DNA of 64,000 bases from Piedraia hortae CBS 480.64. Taxonomy: Eukaryota. Positions 1 through 8,975 of the stretch are shown here, in pieces; positions within the stretch are counted from its first letter, which is position 1; each line of letters starts with the position of its first letter. The notes under the pieces are model-generated. The model worked only from the letters and a program-made list of their open reading frames with translations, was not told where the DNA came from and did not search any database. Position numbers and translations under genes: made by a program. The stretch spans positions 124,116-188,115 of the forward strand of contig MU005977.1 of the NCBI GenBank assembly GCA_010093745.1. The letters are read 5' to 3'.

Positions 1-1067
1 ATCCCAATCGCAATCTGCGCTTCCTCGGTGCTGCCGCCAATGTGAGGGGTTAGGATCACGTTTGGGAGGTTGCGGATCAAATCGACCCACGGGCCGAGGG
101 TGGTGGTGAATGTCTCGCCGTTGCGGGGGGGCTCGTCGGGGTAGACGTCCAACGCTGCGCCGGCGAGGTGGCCGGATTTCAGGGCAGTGGAGACTGCAGC
201 CAGGTCGACGACGCTTCCGCGCGAGGCGTTGAGGAGGTATGCTCCGCGTTTCATTTGGCAGATTTGCTGCGTGGTGATCATGAGTTTGGTGTCTGCTGTT
301 TCGGGGACGTGGAGGGTGATGAAGTCTGCTTGGTGGAGGAGTTCAGGAAGGGAGGAGACTTGGGTTGCGGTGCCGAGGGCCATGAGGTTTACGACGTCGT
401 AGTAGACGACTCTCATGCCCATGGCTTCGGCGAGGACGGAAAGTTGGCTTCCCACGTGGCCGTAGCCTATGATGCCGAGCGTCTTGCCGCGGACCTCCCA
501 GCATCCGGCAGAGACTTTGTTCCAGCGACCAGAGTGCATCTCGGCGCTGCGGTCGCATATTTGGCGGGCAAGGGCGATGATCTCGCCAATCATCTGCTCT
601 GCTACCGAGCGGCTGTTGCTGAAGGGAGAGTTGAAGACGCAGATGCCGTGACGGGCGGCATACTGGAGATCGACTTGGTTGGTGCCGATGCAGAAACAGC
701 CAATGGCCACCAGGTTGCGCGCGTGTTTTAGGATGCTGGCGGTCAGTTGAGTCTTGGAGCGGATGCCGATGACGTGGACGTCGGCGATGCGCTCTATCAG
801 TTCGTCGTCGGAGAGAGAGCCCTTGGTCACTTCCACCTGGTACCCCTGCGCCCGTAGTTTTTCCACCCCGGCTTGGTTGACGTTCTCCAGCAGCAAGACC
901 TTGATGTCCTGCGTGTTGAACGGCTTCAGCTGCTTCGCCGTCGTCCGCATGTGGCTGTGGCTGAAACTCGACGGCGGACTGTGGAACGTCGCCGTCGGGC
1001 TCGACGAAACTACTTTATGTAACGACGCATGCGACGGCACCGGAATCTCCTGTGCACGGGAATTCAT
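1..1067 (-). CDS. SER3: D-3-phosphoglycerate dehydrogenase (3' end beyond left window edge)
   Basis: Manual minus-strand translation from ATG at 1067: MNSRAQEIPVP...KQLKPFNTQDIKVLLLENVN...IGIRSKT...LVAIGCFCIGTNQVDL...PFSNSRSVAE...GYGHMG...VILTPHIGGSTEEAQIAIG. Absent from the ORF track because it has no stop inside the window. SER3 vs SER33 cannot be distinguished. Confidence 0.93.
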   Translation of the reverse strand, partial: MNSRAQEIPVPSHASLHKVVSSSPTATFHSPPSSFSHSHMRTTAKQLKPFNTQDIKVLLLENVNQAGVEKLRAQGYQVEVTKGSLSDDELIERIADVHVIGIRSKTQLTASILKHARNLVAIGCFCIGTNQVDLQYAARHGICVFNSPFSNSRSVAEQMIGEIIALARQICDRSAEMHSGRWNKVSAGCWEVRGKTLGIIGYGHVGSQLSVLAEAMGMRVVYYDVVNLMALGTATQVSSLPELLHQADFITLHVPETADTKLMITTQQICQMKRGAYLLNASRGSVVDLAAVSTALKSGHLAGAALDVYPDEPPRNGETFTTTLGPWVDLIRNLPNVILTPHIGGSTEEAQIAIG

Positions 1068-1077
1068 TGTGTTGGCG

Positions 1078-1079
<2 letters not shown>

Positions 1080-1111
<32 letters not shown>
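1080..1111. repeat. (GT)n microsatellite immediately upstream of SER3 ATG
   Basis: About 15 uninterrupted TG units. Confidence 0.97.
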
Positions 1112-1159
1112 ATGACGCGCCACTAGCGCTGAAAATTTACATCCCAAAGCTACTGTATT

Positions 1160-3541
1160 CTACATTACACGGCAGTCTTTTACATTTGGTGCTCCCTGGA
1201 TGTTTGGTTGCGTAGGTCTTGCCGAGCTGCCCGGTGCTGGAGAGCTCGGAGATTGTGCATTCTGATGCTGCTGTCGTCTCAGAGCCTCGTAGGCACTAAG
1301 GGGATTTCCCTGCGGTAGACCAGACGGTGTGCTACCTGCAGGTCTGTATGGTCTGTCGTATGAAGACTGCTCATACGACGGCGGTGCATCGGGGTTGTTG
1401 CTGCCATCAGTGGGTCGATGCACTCCTGGACGGCCTCCTCTGCCAACACCACCACGTCCACCACCACCACCACCACCTCCTCCTCCTCCTCCTCCTCCTC
1501 CTCCCCGTCCTCCCCGTCGCGGTGGAATGGGGGGACGTCCATTTTCGGAAGAAAGATATTGCTGTGAAAGCTCCTCATTACGACGCCGTTGCTCCGCTTC
1601 TCTTCTCTGCGCTGCCTCTTCTTCTTCTTGTAGTTGCAATGCGAGGGCGAGATCGTGGTCTTCTTGCTCTGTCTGCGGTATGTCACCATGATTATCAGAC
1701 GCTTGGTGACCGTCGTCGTGACTGACTGCTCTGAAATCTCCGCTAAACAGTTCACTAGCAGAGCCGTTGACATCGACCAAGCTCTCCCAAACGATTTCAT
1801 CGTGCGAGCTGTACCCAGCATCAGTAACCAGAGTCATGAGGGCACCACGTTTGGGCTCTTTATACAGTGTGCTAAAATGATCGTTGCGGAACAGATTCGC
1901 AAACTGACCAGGTTTTAGCGTCTTCCCAAGCCAGGTGAGGCCGTATTCCGTCAACTGAGTCGGCCATGTGGTTAAAAAGTACTTGATAGTCTGGATGTCT
2001 GATAATGTCTGTTGTTCGTCTGGAGTCAACCCACCGGCAAGGCGTTTCTCTTCAAGAAGCGGCTCCTGGAATTGTATATTCTGTGCATCTTCAAACGTTG
2101 GAGCCGTGCGTTGAAAGGCGAAAAAGGCTGGTGAAGTGGCTGACGGCACCCAGGCGTGGATCAGAGGAATGTTGAACGTCTTGTGAAGCCGCATCTCTTT
2201 TGTTTCGTCAAACTGTCCAGGAGTGATGAAACTGGGATTGACATTCATGCCCGTGTGTAGCCGTTTGAGAAATGCATACAGCTCATCCACCTCTGGCAAG
2301 TTCTGGGTCCTATTTCCGGACACGAGCTGGTCAAACACCGCTTCCAGTAGCAGACTGAGGCTGATGGTTTCTCTTGTCCGGAGCATCTCAACCAGGGCGG
2401 TGGGGGAGCTGCTATGAGGGGTGCTGAGAACGAGGGCGTTAACCAGGGCGAGCAGCGGACACGGTCCGTTTGCATTTTGTACCAGAATCGGCGAGTTCCG
2501 CATTTTATCGCAGGAGGCGTCGTACCAGTTGATGTGTTTGATGCTGAAGCTTTCTTCTGGGGTTGGTGTCACGGTACGATGGGTTTCAGGGGGGCGATCT
2601 GATTGATGCTGCACGGCAGAGTGCAAACTCTCGGTTGCAGGATATGGTAGAGGCTGCTCATCCAGCCCTCCCGCAGCAGGAGCAGAAACTGGCTGAGACT
2701 GCTTGTTGTAGCCTTCATTCCACCCCTCAGCAGGCAGTGCAGCTGCCACATTTGACAGTGCAGGACCCGATGGAGGCTGCTTGCTACCGCCCCACAGTTC
2801 CGTAGCAGAGAGAAGGTCTCCCGGCACAGAAACTGGTTGATGTTGCTTATTACTGTTGTCACCCCATCTCTCCGCGGCGGCGACAGCATCTCCCGACACA
2901 GCAGCAGGTTGGGGCTGCTTGCCTGGGAGAGAAACCGGCTGCGTCTGCTGTCCATCATTATCACCCCACCTCTCCTCCGGCAACGCAGCAGCAGCAGCCA
3001 TCACACCTGACAGCACTGGACTCGCTGGAATCTTCTCCGCCACCCCTCCATCCCGATCCGGATACGGCGTCTTCTTTGCATTCTCTAACCTCCACGGATT
3101 CCCTCCCACGGCCTCTGCCTCTGCCGCTACATTCCCCGCCTCAACCGTCTCCTTCCCACCCAGCGCCAACCTTCCCATCCCCTCCACGGGATTATACGCC
3201 TTGAACTCCCCCTTTGTCGTCGCCGCCCACGCAGTAGAACTATCATCCTGCAGCGCCGGACCCTGTAACTCCGCCCCCTGTGCCATCCCCGTCTCCAAAG
3301 CGCCATGCATCCTAAACGGATTGTTCCCCTTGTCCCTATCCACCCATGGGTTCTTCCTCCCCCCTCCCGGCCTCAAAACCTCCGGCACCTCCTGTTGCTC
3401 TTTCTTCAGCACGTTCAACGGCTTCGGCGCTTCAGGTTCGGGGTCACTATCGTCCCACGTCCCGTGGCTGCTTATATCTGAGTCGCGTCGAGTAATGATT
3501 CCTTTCGGGGAGGTAGGGTAGGGGGGAATTGTCTGGACCAT
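1160..3541 (-). CDS. MINDY-family (DUF544) K48 deubiquitinase, Miy1/Miy2-like
   Basis: QNANGPCPLLAL (catalytic Gln/Cys), FRNDHF (catalytic His), LVTDAGY..VWESL, MIU-like DHDLALALQLQEEEE, C-terminal CaaX CRVM. Confidence 0.9.
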   Translation of the reverse strand: MVQTIPPYPTSPKGIITRRDSDISSHGTWDDSDPEPEAPKPLNVLKKEQQEVPEVLRPGGGRKNPWVDRDKGNNPFRMHGALETGMAQGAELQGPALQDDSSTAWAATTKGEFKAYNPVEGMGRLALGGKETVEAGNVAAEAEAVGGNPWRLENAKKTPYPDRDGGVAEKIPASPVLSGVMAAAAALPEERWGDNDGQQTQPVSLPGKQPQPAAVSGDAVAAAERWGDNSNKQHQPVSVPGDLLSATELWGGSKQPPSGPALSNVAAALPAEGWNEGYNKQSQPVSAPAAGGLDEQPLPYPATESLHSAVQHQSDRPPETHRTVTPTPEESFSIKHINWYDASCDKMRNSPILVQNANGPCPLLALVNALVLSTPHSSSPTALVEMLRTRETISLSLLLEAVFDQLVSGNRTQNLPEVDELYAFLKRLHTGMNVNPSFITPGQFDETKEMRLHKTFNIPLIHAWVPSATSPAFFAFQRTAPTFEDAQNIQFQEPLLEEKRLAGGLTPDEQQTLSDIQTIKYFLTTWPTQLTEYGLTWLGKTLKPGQFANLFRNDHFSTLYKEPKRGALMTLVTDAGYSSHDEIVWESLVDVNGSASELFSGDFRAVSHDDGHQASDNHGDIPQTEQEDHDLALALQLQEEEEAAQRREAEQRRRNEELSQQYLSSENGRPPIPPRRGGRGGGGGGGGGGGGGGGGRGGVGRGGRPGVHRPTDGSNNPDAPPSYEQSSYDRPYRPAGSTPSGLPQGNPLSAYEALRRQQHQNAQSPSSPAPGSSARPTQPNIQGAPNVKDCRVM
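1457..1503. repeat. (CCA)n(CCT)n trinucleotide tract encoding poly-Gly in MINDY gene
   Basis: ccaccacca...cctcctcct; reads as a Gly run on the minus strand. Confidence 0.9.
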
Positions 3542-3868
3542 TTTGTTACCGTTGGAGCAGTTTGGGGGAGGGGGGTTTTTGTATGGTGGTGGTTTTGGGG
3601 GTTTACAGGCTGCTGTGAGGGTGCGCGTGGAGGGTGCGCGTCGATGACGTAGTGAATCCTACGACTGACGTGACTACACACGTATCATATGTACGAAAAC
3701 ACTTTCGTGATTTAGGTAGTGGGTGGTTTACATAGGGCTCGTCTGGGTAGATGGGTATGTACATGAGTTTCGCAATGGTTCGTGCATGCACGACTTTTGA
3801 CGAGGTGCACGTTGAACCATGCAGCGAATATGCCAAGCCTGTCAAACATCCACCCACAAAACTGTCGG

Positions 3869-3929
3869 AAAAAAAGAAATAGAAATAAGAAAGAAAAAAA
3901 AAAAATTAAAAATTAAAAAAAATAAAAAA
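3869..3929. repeat. Imperfect poly(dA) tract in MINDY/GARS divergent promoter
   Basis: About 60 nt almost entirely A. Confidence 0.85.
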
Positions 3930-3995
3930 GAGTCGAGGGACGACATATCTACCTCAACAGCCAATCCGCCAGCTACCAATCCTCCACCATCAGAT

Positions 3996-5309
3996 ATGCC
4001 AACGACTATCCCATCCGATCCCCCCGCCCCCGGTTCTTTACGAATCCTCCTCCTCGGCTCCGGCGCCCGCGAAGCATCCCTCGCTACCTCCCTCTCTGCC
4101 TCCCCCCTCGTTTCCGAGATCCACCTCGCCCCCGGCAACGGGTCCTCTATTCCCAAATGCACCAACCACCCCTCCCTCACCGAAAGCAATTTCCCCGCCC
4201 TCGTCGCCCACGCGAAGCATGCCTCCCTCAACCTCCTCCTCCCGGGCAGCGAAGCGGCCCTCGTCGCCGGAATAACCGACTACTTCACCCTTCACGCCCC
4301 ATCGATCCTAACCTTCGGCCCCACCGCCTCCGCCGCAAGGCTAGAAGGGAGTAAAACCTTCTCCAAACACTTCATGCATAAACACAACATCCCTACGGCT
4401 AAATGGGCGAGTTTCGACGATCTCGCTGAGGCGGAGGCGTACCTCGATAGCGTCGATTACGACGTCGTTATTAAAGCTGACGGGTTAGCCGCCGGAAAAG
4501 GCGTGATCATCCCCCGCGGGAAGGACGAGGCCAAGGTCGCGGTCAAGCAGATGCTGCAAGCCAAGGCTTTTGGGGCAGCGGGAGAGAGGGTCGTTGTTGA
4601 GGAGTTACTTACAGGGGAGGAGGTCAGTGTATTGTCGCTCTGCGACGGGGAGGGGATCGTGTCCTTTCCAGCAGCGCAGGATCATAAGAGGATCTGGGAG
4701 GGGGATAGGGGCCCGAATACGGGGGGGATGGGGACGTATGCTCCTACGCCGTTTGCGACGGGGGACGTGATGGGGGTTGTGGAGAGGGAGGTTTTGCAGC
4801 CGACGTTGCAAGGGATGAAGAGGGATGGGAGCCCGTTCAGGGGGTGTTTGTTCACGGGTTTGATGCTTACGGACCAAGGGCCGAGGGTGTTGGAGTATAA
4901 TGTTCGTTTTGGGGATCCGGAGACGCAGAGCGTTCTTGCTTTGCTGGAGGGGGATTTTGCGAAACTCGTGTGGGAGTGTTGCGTTGGTGGGCTGGGGAAG
5001 GGGTTAAGGGTTCTTGATCAGGCGGCGTGTACTGTTGTGATTGCTGCGGGGGGGTATCCTGGAGTTTATGCCAAGGGGAAGAGGATTTCGATTGAGGAGC
5101 CAAAAGAGGAGGGAGTGTATGTGTTTCATGCGGGGACGAAGATAGACCAGGATGGACGGCTGGTTACGAATGGAGGGAGGGTCATTTCGGTTACTGCACG
5201 GGGAGAGACGCTGGAACGAGCGGTGGCTAAGGCGTATAGGGCAGTCAAGGGAATTCGGTTCGAGGGGATGCAGTATAGAAAAGATATTGCTGCCAGGGCG
5301 TTGAAGTAG
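3996..5309 (+). CDS. ADE5: Stand-alone phosphoribosylamine-glycine ligase (GAR synthetase, PurD / Ade5 half only)
   Basis: LLLGSGAREA, APGN, LEGSKTFSKHFM, VIKADGLAAGKGV, QDHKRIWEGDRGPNTGGMG, EYNVRFGDPETQ, HAGT..TNGGRV; ends YRKDIAARALK-stop with no AIRS domain. Likely ATG at 3996 (MPTTIP). Confidence 0.95.
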   Translation: MPTTIPSDPPAPGSLRILLLGSGAREASLATSLSASPLVSEIHLAPGNGSSIPKCTNHPSLTESNFPALVAHAKHASLNLLLPGSEAALVAGITDYFTLHAPSILTFGPTASAARLEGSKTFSKHFMHKHNIPTAKWASFDDLAEAEAYLDSVDYDVVIKADGLAAGKGVIIPRGKDEAKVAVKQMLQAKAFGAAGERVVVEELLTGEEVSVLSLCDGEGIVSFPAAQDHKRIWEGDRGPNTGGMGTYAPTPFATGDVMGVVEREVLQPTLQGMKRDGSPFRGCLFTGLMLTDQGPRVLEYNVRFGDPETQSVLALLEGDFAKLVWECCVGGLGKGLRVLDQAACTVVIAAGGYPGVYAKGKRISIEEPKEEGVYVFHAGTKIDQDGRLVTNGGRVISVTARGETLERAVAKAYRAVKGIRFEGMQYRKDIAARALK

Positions 5310-5315
5310 GAATGT

Positions 5316-5931
5316 CTATAGCTGCTTGCCCATGAATTTGCGCTTCTGGAAGCTGAGCCACCACTGGCAAGTTAGTTCAAGGGAGTGTACGATAGAGGGA
5401 TGTTCCCACCTTACTGGGCTGCCCCGTCCCGTCGAGGTAGACTCTATTCAGCAGCCTTGCAGCCAACTCTTGTCTCATCTGAACGATATACTGCCTCAGA
5501 AGCTCGGCCTGGTCTCTACTCGCAGGAGCCTCAAACGCCTGATTCAGCGGAAACCCGGCATCGCCAGGGATCGCAAAATTCGTATCCAGCGCTGTATTCA
5601 TGACGGCCTTTTCCGCCTCCCGTCTTGACATCCCAGGTTTGATCTTAGACAACGCCTCCGAAACAAACAAGATCCCATAAATCAAATCCCGATCAGCAGG
5701 CCCTTTGATTTCGAAATTGCGAAAAAAGGTATTCGCCCGGAAAAGAGAAATGACCTCATCTAGGATATCGTAGTCTGCATGGTTGGGCTCGATATCCAGC
5801 TCGGAGACATCAACAAGCTGGTTCAACTGCTGCGCCGGACCGCGCGTTTTGGTGCGCAGTGGCAACAGAGCAAAGTTGCCGATTAGCTGCTGGTTCGGCT
5901 CGTCCAGGAAGACGCTGTGATACGCCGGCAT
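5316..5931 (-). CDS. ARC18: Arp2/3 complex 21-kDa subunit (ARPC3); intron 5364-5409
   Basis: MPAYHSVFL...FRANTFFRNFEIKGPADR...FAIPGDAGFPLN; a 46-nt GT..AG intron, then terminal exon WWLSFQKRKFMGKQL-stop. Confidence 0.95.
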
Positions 5932-5957
5932 CGTTGTCTCGTTGGAGTGACGTTGGT

Positions 5958-5989
5958 GGGGGGGGGGGGGGGGGGGGAAAAAGGGGGGG
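5958..5989. repeat. Poly(dG) tracts in ARC18/RFC bidirectional promoter
   Basis: G20-A5-G7. Confidence 0.9.
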
Positions 5990-6068
5990 TTATCGTAACT
6001 GACGGTAAGTGACGTGTATCAGATAGCCGTCCGAACAGGGGCGCGTCAAAAGTCCTCCAGCGATTGCA

Positions 6069-7181
6069 ATGTCAGACTCGGACATCGAAATGGCCGACGC
6101 AGGCATCCAGTTCAGCGCAGCAGCCAAAGGAAAGCGCAGCGCAGCAAACCTCCCAATCGAAGCTGAAGACAGCCTGCCGTGGGTAGAAAAATACCGTCCA
6201 TCGTCGCTCAGCCACGTCAGCGGCCACGAAGACATCCTAGCCACAATCAAAAAGTTCCTCGACAGCAACCGTCTGCCCCATCTCCTCCTCTACGGACCCC
6301 CTGGAACAGGAAAAACAAGCACAGCCCTAGCGTTGGCGCGCCAAGTCTACGGCGCAAGCAACATGCGGCAGATGGTGCTGGAGCTAAACGCGTCCGACGA
6401 CCGTGGCATCGACGTCGTGCGTGAGCAGATCCGCACTTTTTGCTCTACGAAACAGATCTTCGCTGGAAAAGCAGCGACAACAGCGGCATCGTTCAAACTC
6501 ATCGTCCTGGACGAAGCGGATGCAATGACCAGCACAGCGCAGATGGCGTTGAGACGCATCATGGAGAAATATACCGCCAATGCACGGTTCATCATAATCG
6601 CAAATTATACGCATAAGCTCAGTCCCGCTTTGTTGTCGCGATGTACGCGGTTCCGCTTCTCGCCGCTTCATGAGGGGGATATACGACGGTTGGTCGATAG
6701 GGTCGTTGTTGAGGAGGGGGTGGATATCTCAACCGAGGCGACGGAGAGTTTGGTTAAGCTTAGTAAAGGCGATATGCGGAGGGCATTGAACGTCCTGCAG
6801 GCGTGTCATGCTTCGTCTACGCCGTTGGATAATCCTACCAAGAAGGATACAATTACGCAGGAGACGGTGTATGATTGCATTGCCGCGCCGCATCCAAAGG
6901 ATATGGCTACGATTGCGTCGACGCTTCTTGCAACTTCGGATCTGGCAAAGTGTCTCTCTACGATAACTACACTCAAAACCTCCCATGGGTTGGCATTAGC
7001 AGACATTCTGACCTCTCTATCCGAGCATCTGATGGAACTTGACGTTCCGCCACAGACGCGCGTAGCGTGGCTTTCTGGTCTGTCAGAAATTGAATACCGC
7101 CTCAGCGGGGGCGGGAGTGAGACTCTGCAGACGGGGGGGATGGTAGGCGTTGTTCGGAATGGAGTTTCTCTCTCAAAGTAG
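6069..7181 (+). CDS. RFC3: Replication factor C small subunit (yeast Rfc3 / human RFC5 type)
   Basis: LPWVEKYRP, LPHLLLYGPPGTGKTST (Walker A), ELNASDDRGIDVVR, LDEADAMT (Walker B), SRCTRFRF, GDMRRALN. Confidence 0.93.
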   Translation: MSDSDIEMADAGIQFSAAAKGKRSAANLPIEAEDSLPWVEKYRPSSLSHVSGHEDILATIKKFLDSNRLPHLLLYGPPGTGKTSTALALARQVYGASNMRQMVLELNASDDRGIDVVREQIRTFCSTKQIFAGKAATTAASFKLIVLDEADAMTSTAQMALRRIMEKYTANARFIIIANYTHKLSPALLSRCTRFRFSPLHEGDIRRLVDRVVVEEGVDISTEATESLVKLSKGDMRRALNVLQACHASSTPLDNPTKKDTITQETVYDCIAAPHPKDMATIASTLLATSDLAKCLSTITTLKTSHGLALADILTSLSEHLMELDVPPQTRVAWLSGLSEIEYRLSGGGSETLQTGGMVGVVRNGVSLSK

Positions 7182-7191
7182 GCATCCATCC

Positions 7192-7202
7192 CTCTTTCTA
7201 TC

Positions 7203-7240
<38 letters not shown>
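7192..7240. repeat. (CT)n microsatellite abutting assembly gap
   Basis: tctctctatctctctc... runs into the Ns. Confidence 0.92.
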
Positions 7241-7725
7241 NNNNNNNNNNNNNNNNNNNNNNNNNNNNNNNNNNNNNNNNNNNNNNNNNNNNNNNNNNNN
7301 NNNNNNNNNNNNNNNNNNNNNNNNNNNNNNNNNNNNNNNNNNNNNNNNNNNNNNNNNNNNNNNNNNNNNNNNNNNNNNNNNNNNNNNNNNNNNNNNNNNN
7401 NNNNNNNNNNNNNNNNNNNNNNNNNNNNNNNNNNNNNNNNNNNNNNNNNNNNNNNNNNNNNNNNNNNNNNNNNNNNNNNNNNNNNNNNNNNNNNNNNNNN
7501 NNNNNNNNNNNNNNNNNNNNNNNNNNNNNNNNNNNNNNNNNNNNNNNNNNNNNNNNNNNNNNNNNNNNNNNNNNNNNNNNNNNNNNNNNNNNNNNNNNNN
7601 NNNNNNNNNNNNNNNNNNNNNNNNNNNNNNNNNNNNNNNNNNNNNNNNNNNNNNNNNNNNNNNNNNNNNNNNNNNNNNNNNNNNNNNNNNNNNNNNNNNN
7701 NNNNNNNNNNNNNNNNNNNNNNNNN
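7241..7725. other. Assembly gap (485 N)
   Basis: Run of n characters. Confidence 1.
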
Positions 7726-8839
7726 CCCCGCCTTTCACAAGCGGCAGCAAATGTCCCAACGCCCCCACGGGTTCCAAACAACTCACAACAACCAACCCAT
7801 CGAACCCCCCCCTCCTCGTCTCGTCCACAATGCTCCTACATCGCTCCCACCTCCTCCTCTTTCGAAAATACGATGCCCGTTTCGCCGGCTTATAACCCCC
7901 CAACTCCTCAGCACCAACCCCCGGGGGTTCGGTATACATCCCATCCTCCCCCGGGTGCAGCAGTTGCAGCCAAGAGAGGGGTTTGAGATGCGTATGCAGC
8001 GCGTGCGTTGAATCGGGGGAGTTGCTATCGTATCCGAAGTGTTTAAGGAGGCTGATGTTGGGTTGGATCGAGGTGTGGAGGAGGGTTATACTGTTTCCCC
8101 GTGCGGGGAGGGGGAAGTCCCTATATCGGGAGGGAGGGGAGTCCCTACCGTGACTGGTTGGAAGATCCCTATAGTGGGTGGAAAGAAGGCCCATCCGTTC
8201 CGCCATTGCGGCGACGACTAAACCCCCCGTTTCGTCGATTACGAGGTATCGCTTCGCGGAGGAGTAGTGGATGTTTGCGTGGGATAAGAGGAGGGAGAGG
8301 GTTTCGGGTCGGATGTGCATTATCCTAGACGGATCTTTGTCGAGTAAATGGGTTGTTAGGTTGGGAATGCTCATAGGCAGGAGGGTGATCCGCTTTAGGT
8401 ACTTTGTGCGTTTGCGGAGGAGGTATTTTGCTTTCGAGTAGCTTGTTTTTTCTGCCAACGCGGTGTGGTTTTCGACGAGTTTTGTGATGAGTGCGGTGCC
8501 GGTTATGGGGCCGCGTTTGAGGGATTCGATTTCGCTTTGGGTGAGGTTCTGCCGCGTGCTGGAGTCGATGGTGTTTTGGTTTGTTTTTGGGAGGTCATCC
8601 GGTGAGGATTCCACGGTTTCGGCGTTTAGGAGAGATGGACTGATGGGTTGGAGGTAGGGGGACGCGTCTAGGACTTCGTAGGTGCGGTGGTAGCAGCGTC
8701 CGACCAAGGCGTTTGACGGCACGGTGCCCGGTTTGCCCAGGTCGATGACAGTGTCGGGGACGAGGTCGATTAGTTTGAGGAGTTTATTGGGGAGGCGGAG
8801 GAAGAGGCTTGTATTCGCTTCGACGGATGCTTTTGTCAT
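7726..8839 (-). CDS. TRM6: tRNA m1A58 methyltransferase non-catalytic subunit (3' end lost in gap)
   Basis: Gcd10/Trm6-like: NQNTIDSSTRQNLTQSEIESLK, HTALAEKTSYSKAKYLLRK, YLVIDETGGLVVAAMAERMG, GGFDGLVV. Confidence 0.88.
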
Positions 8840-8975
8840 GGTGGGAAGGGGGGAATACTTTGTGGGAGGGATATTTCATGTGGGGGACGGGACGGGCTAT
8901 GGGAGAATATTCTTTCTGGTGGACGTCTAAAAAAGAGTCTTGGCAGTGACGCTACTATTACATCTAGGCTAATCC

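Noticed and set aside
168..1215. Plus-strand ORFs 168-731 and 754-1215
   Set aside because: Antisense shadows of SER3; the CVCVCV stretch is just the GT microsatellite.
3819..3995. Lys-rich N-terminal extension of the GARS ORF
   Set aside because: Translation of the promoter poly(A) tract; ATG 3996 fits the GARS domain start.
6806..7986. ORFs reading through the N gap (apparent TRM6 extension antisense to RFC3)
   Set aside because: Artefact of translating Ns.
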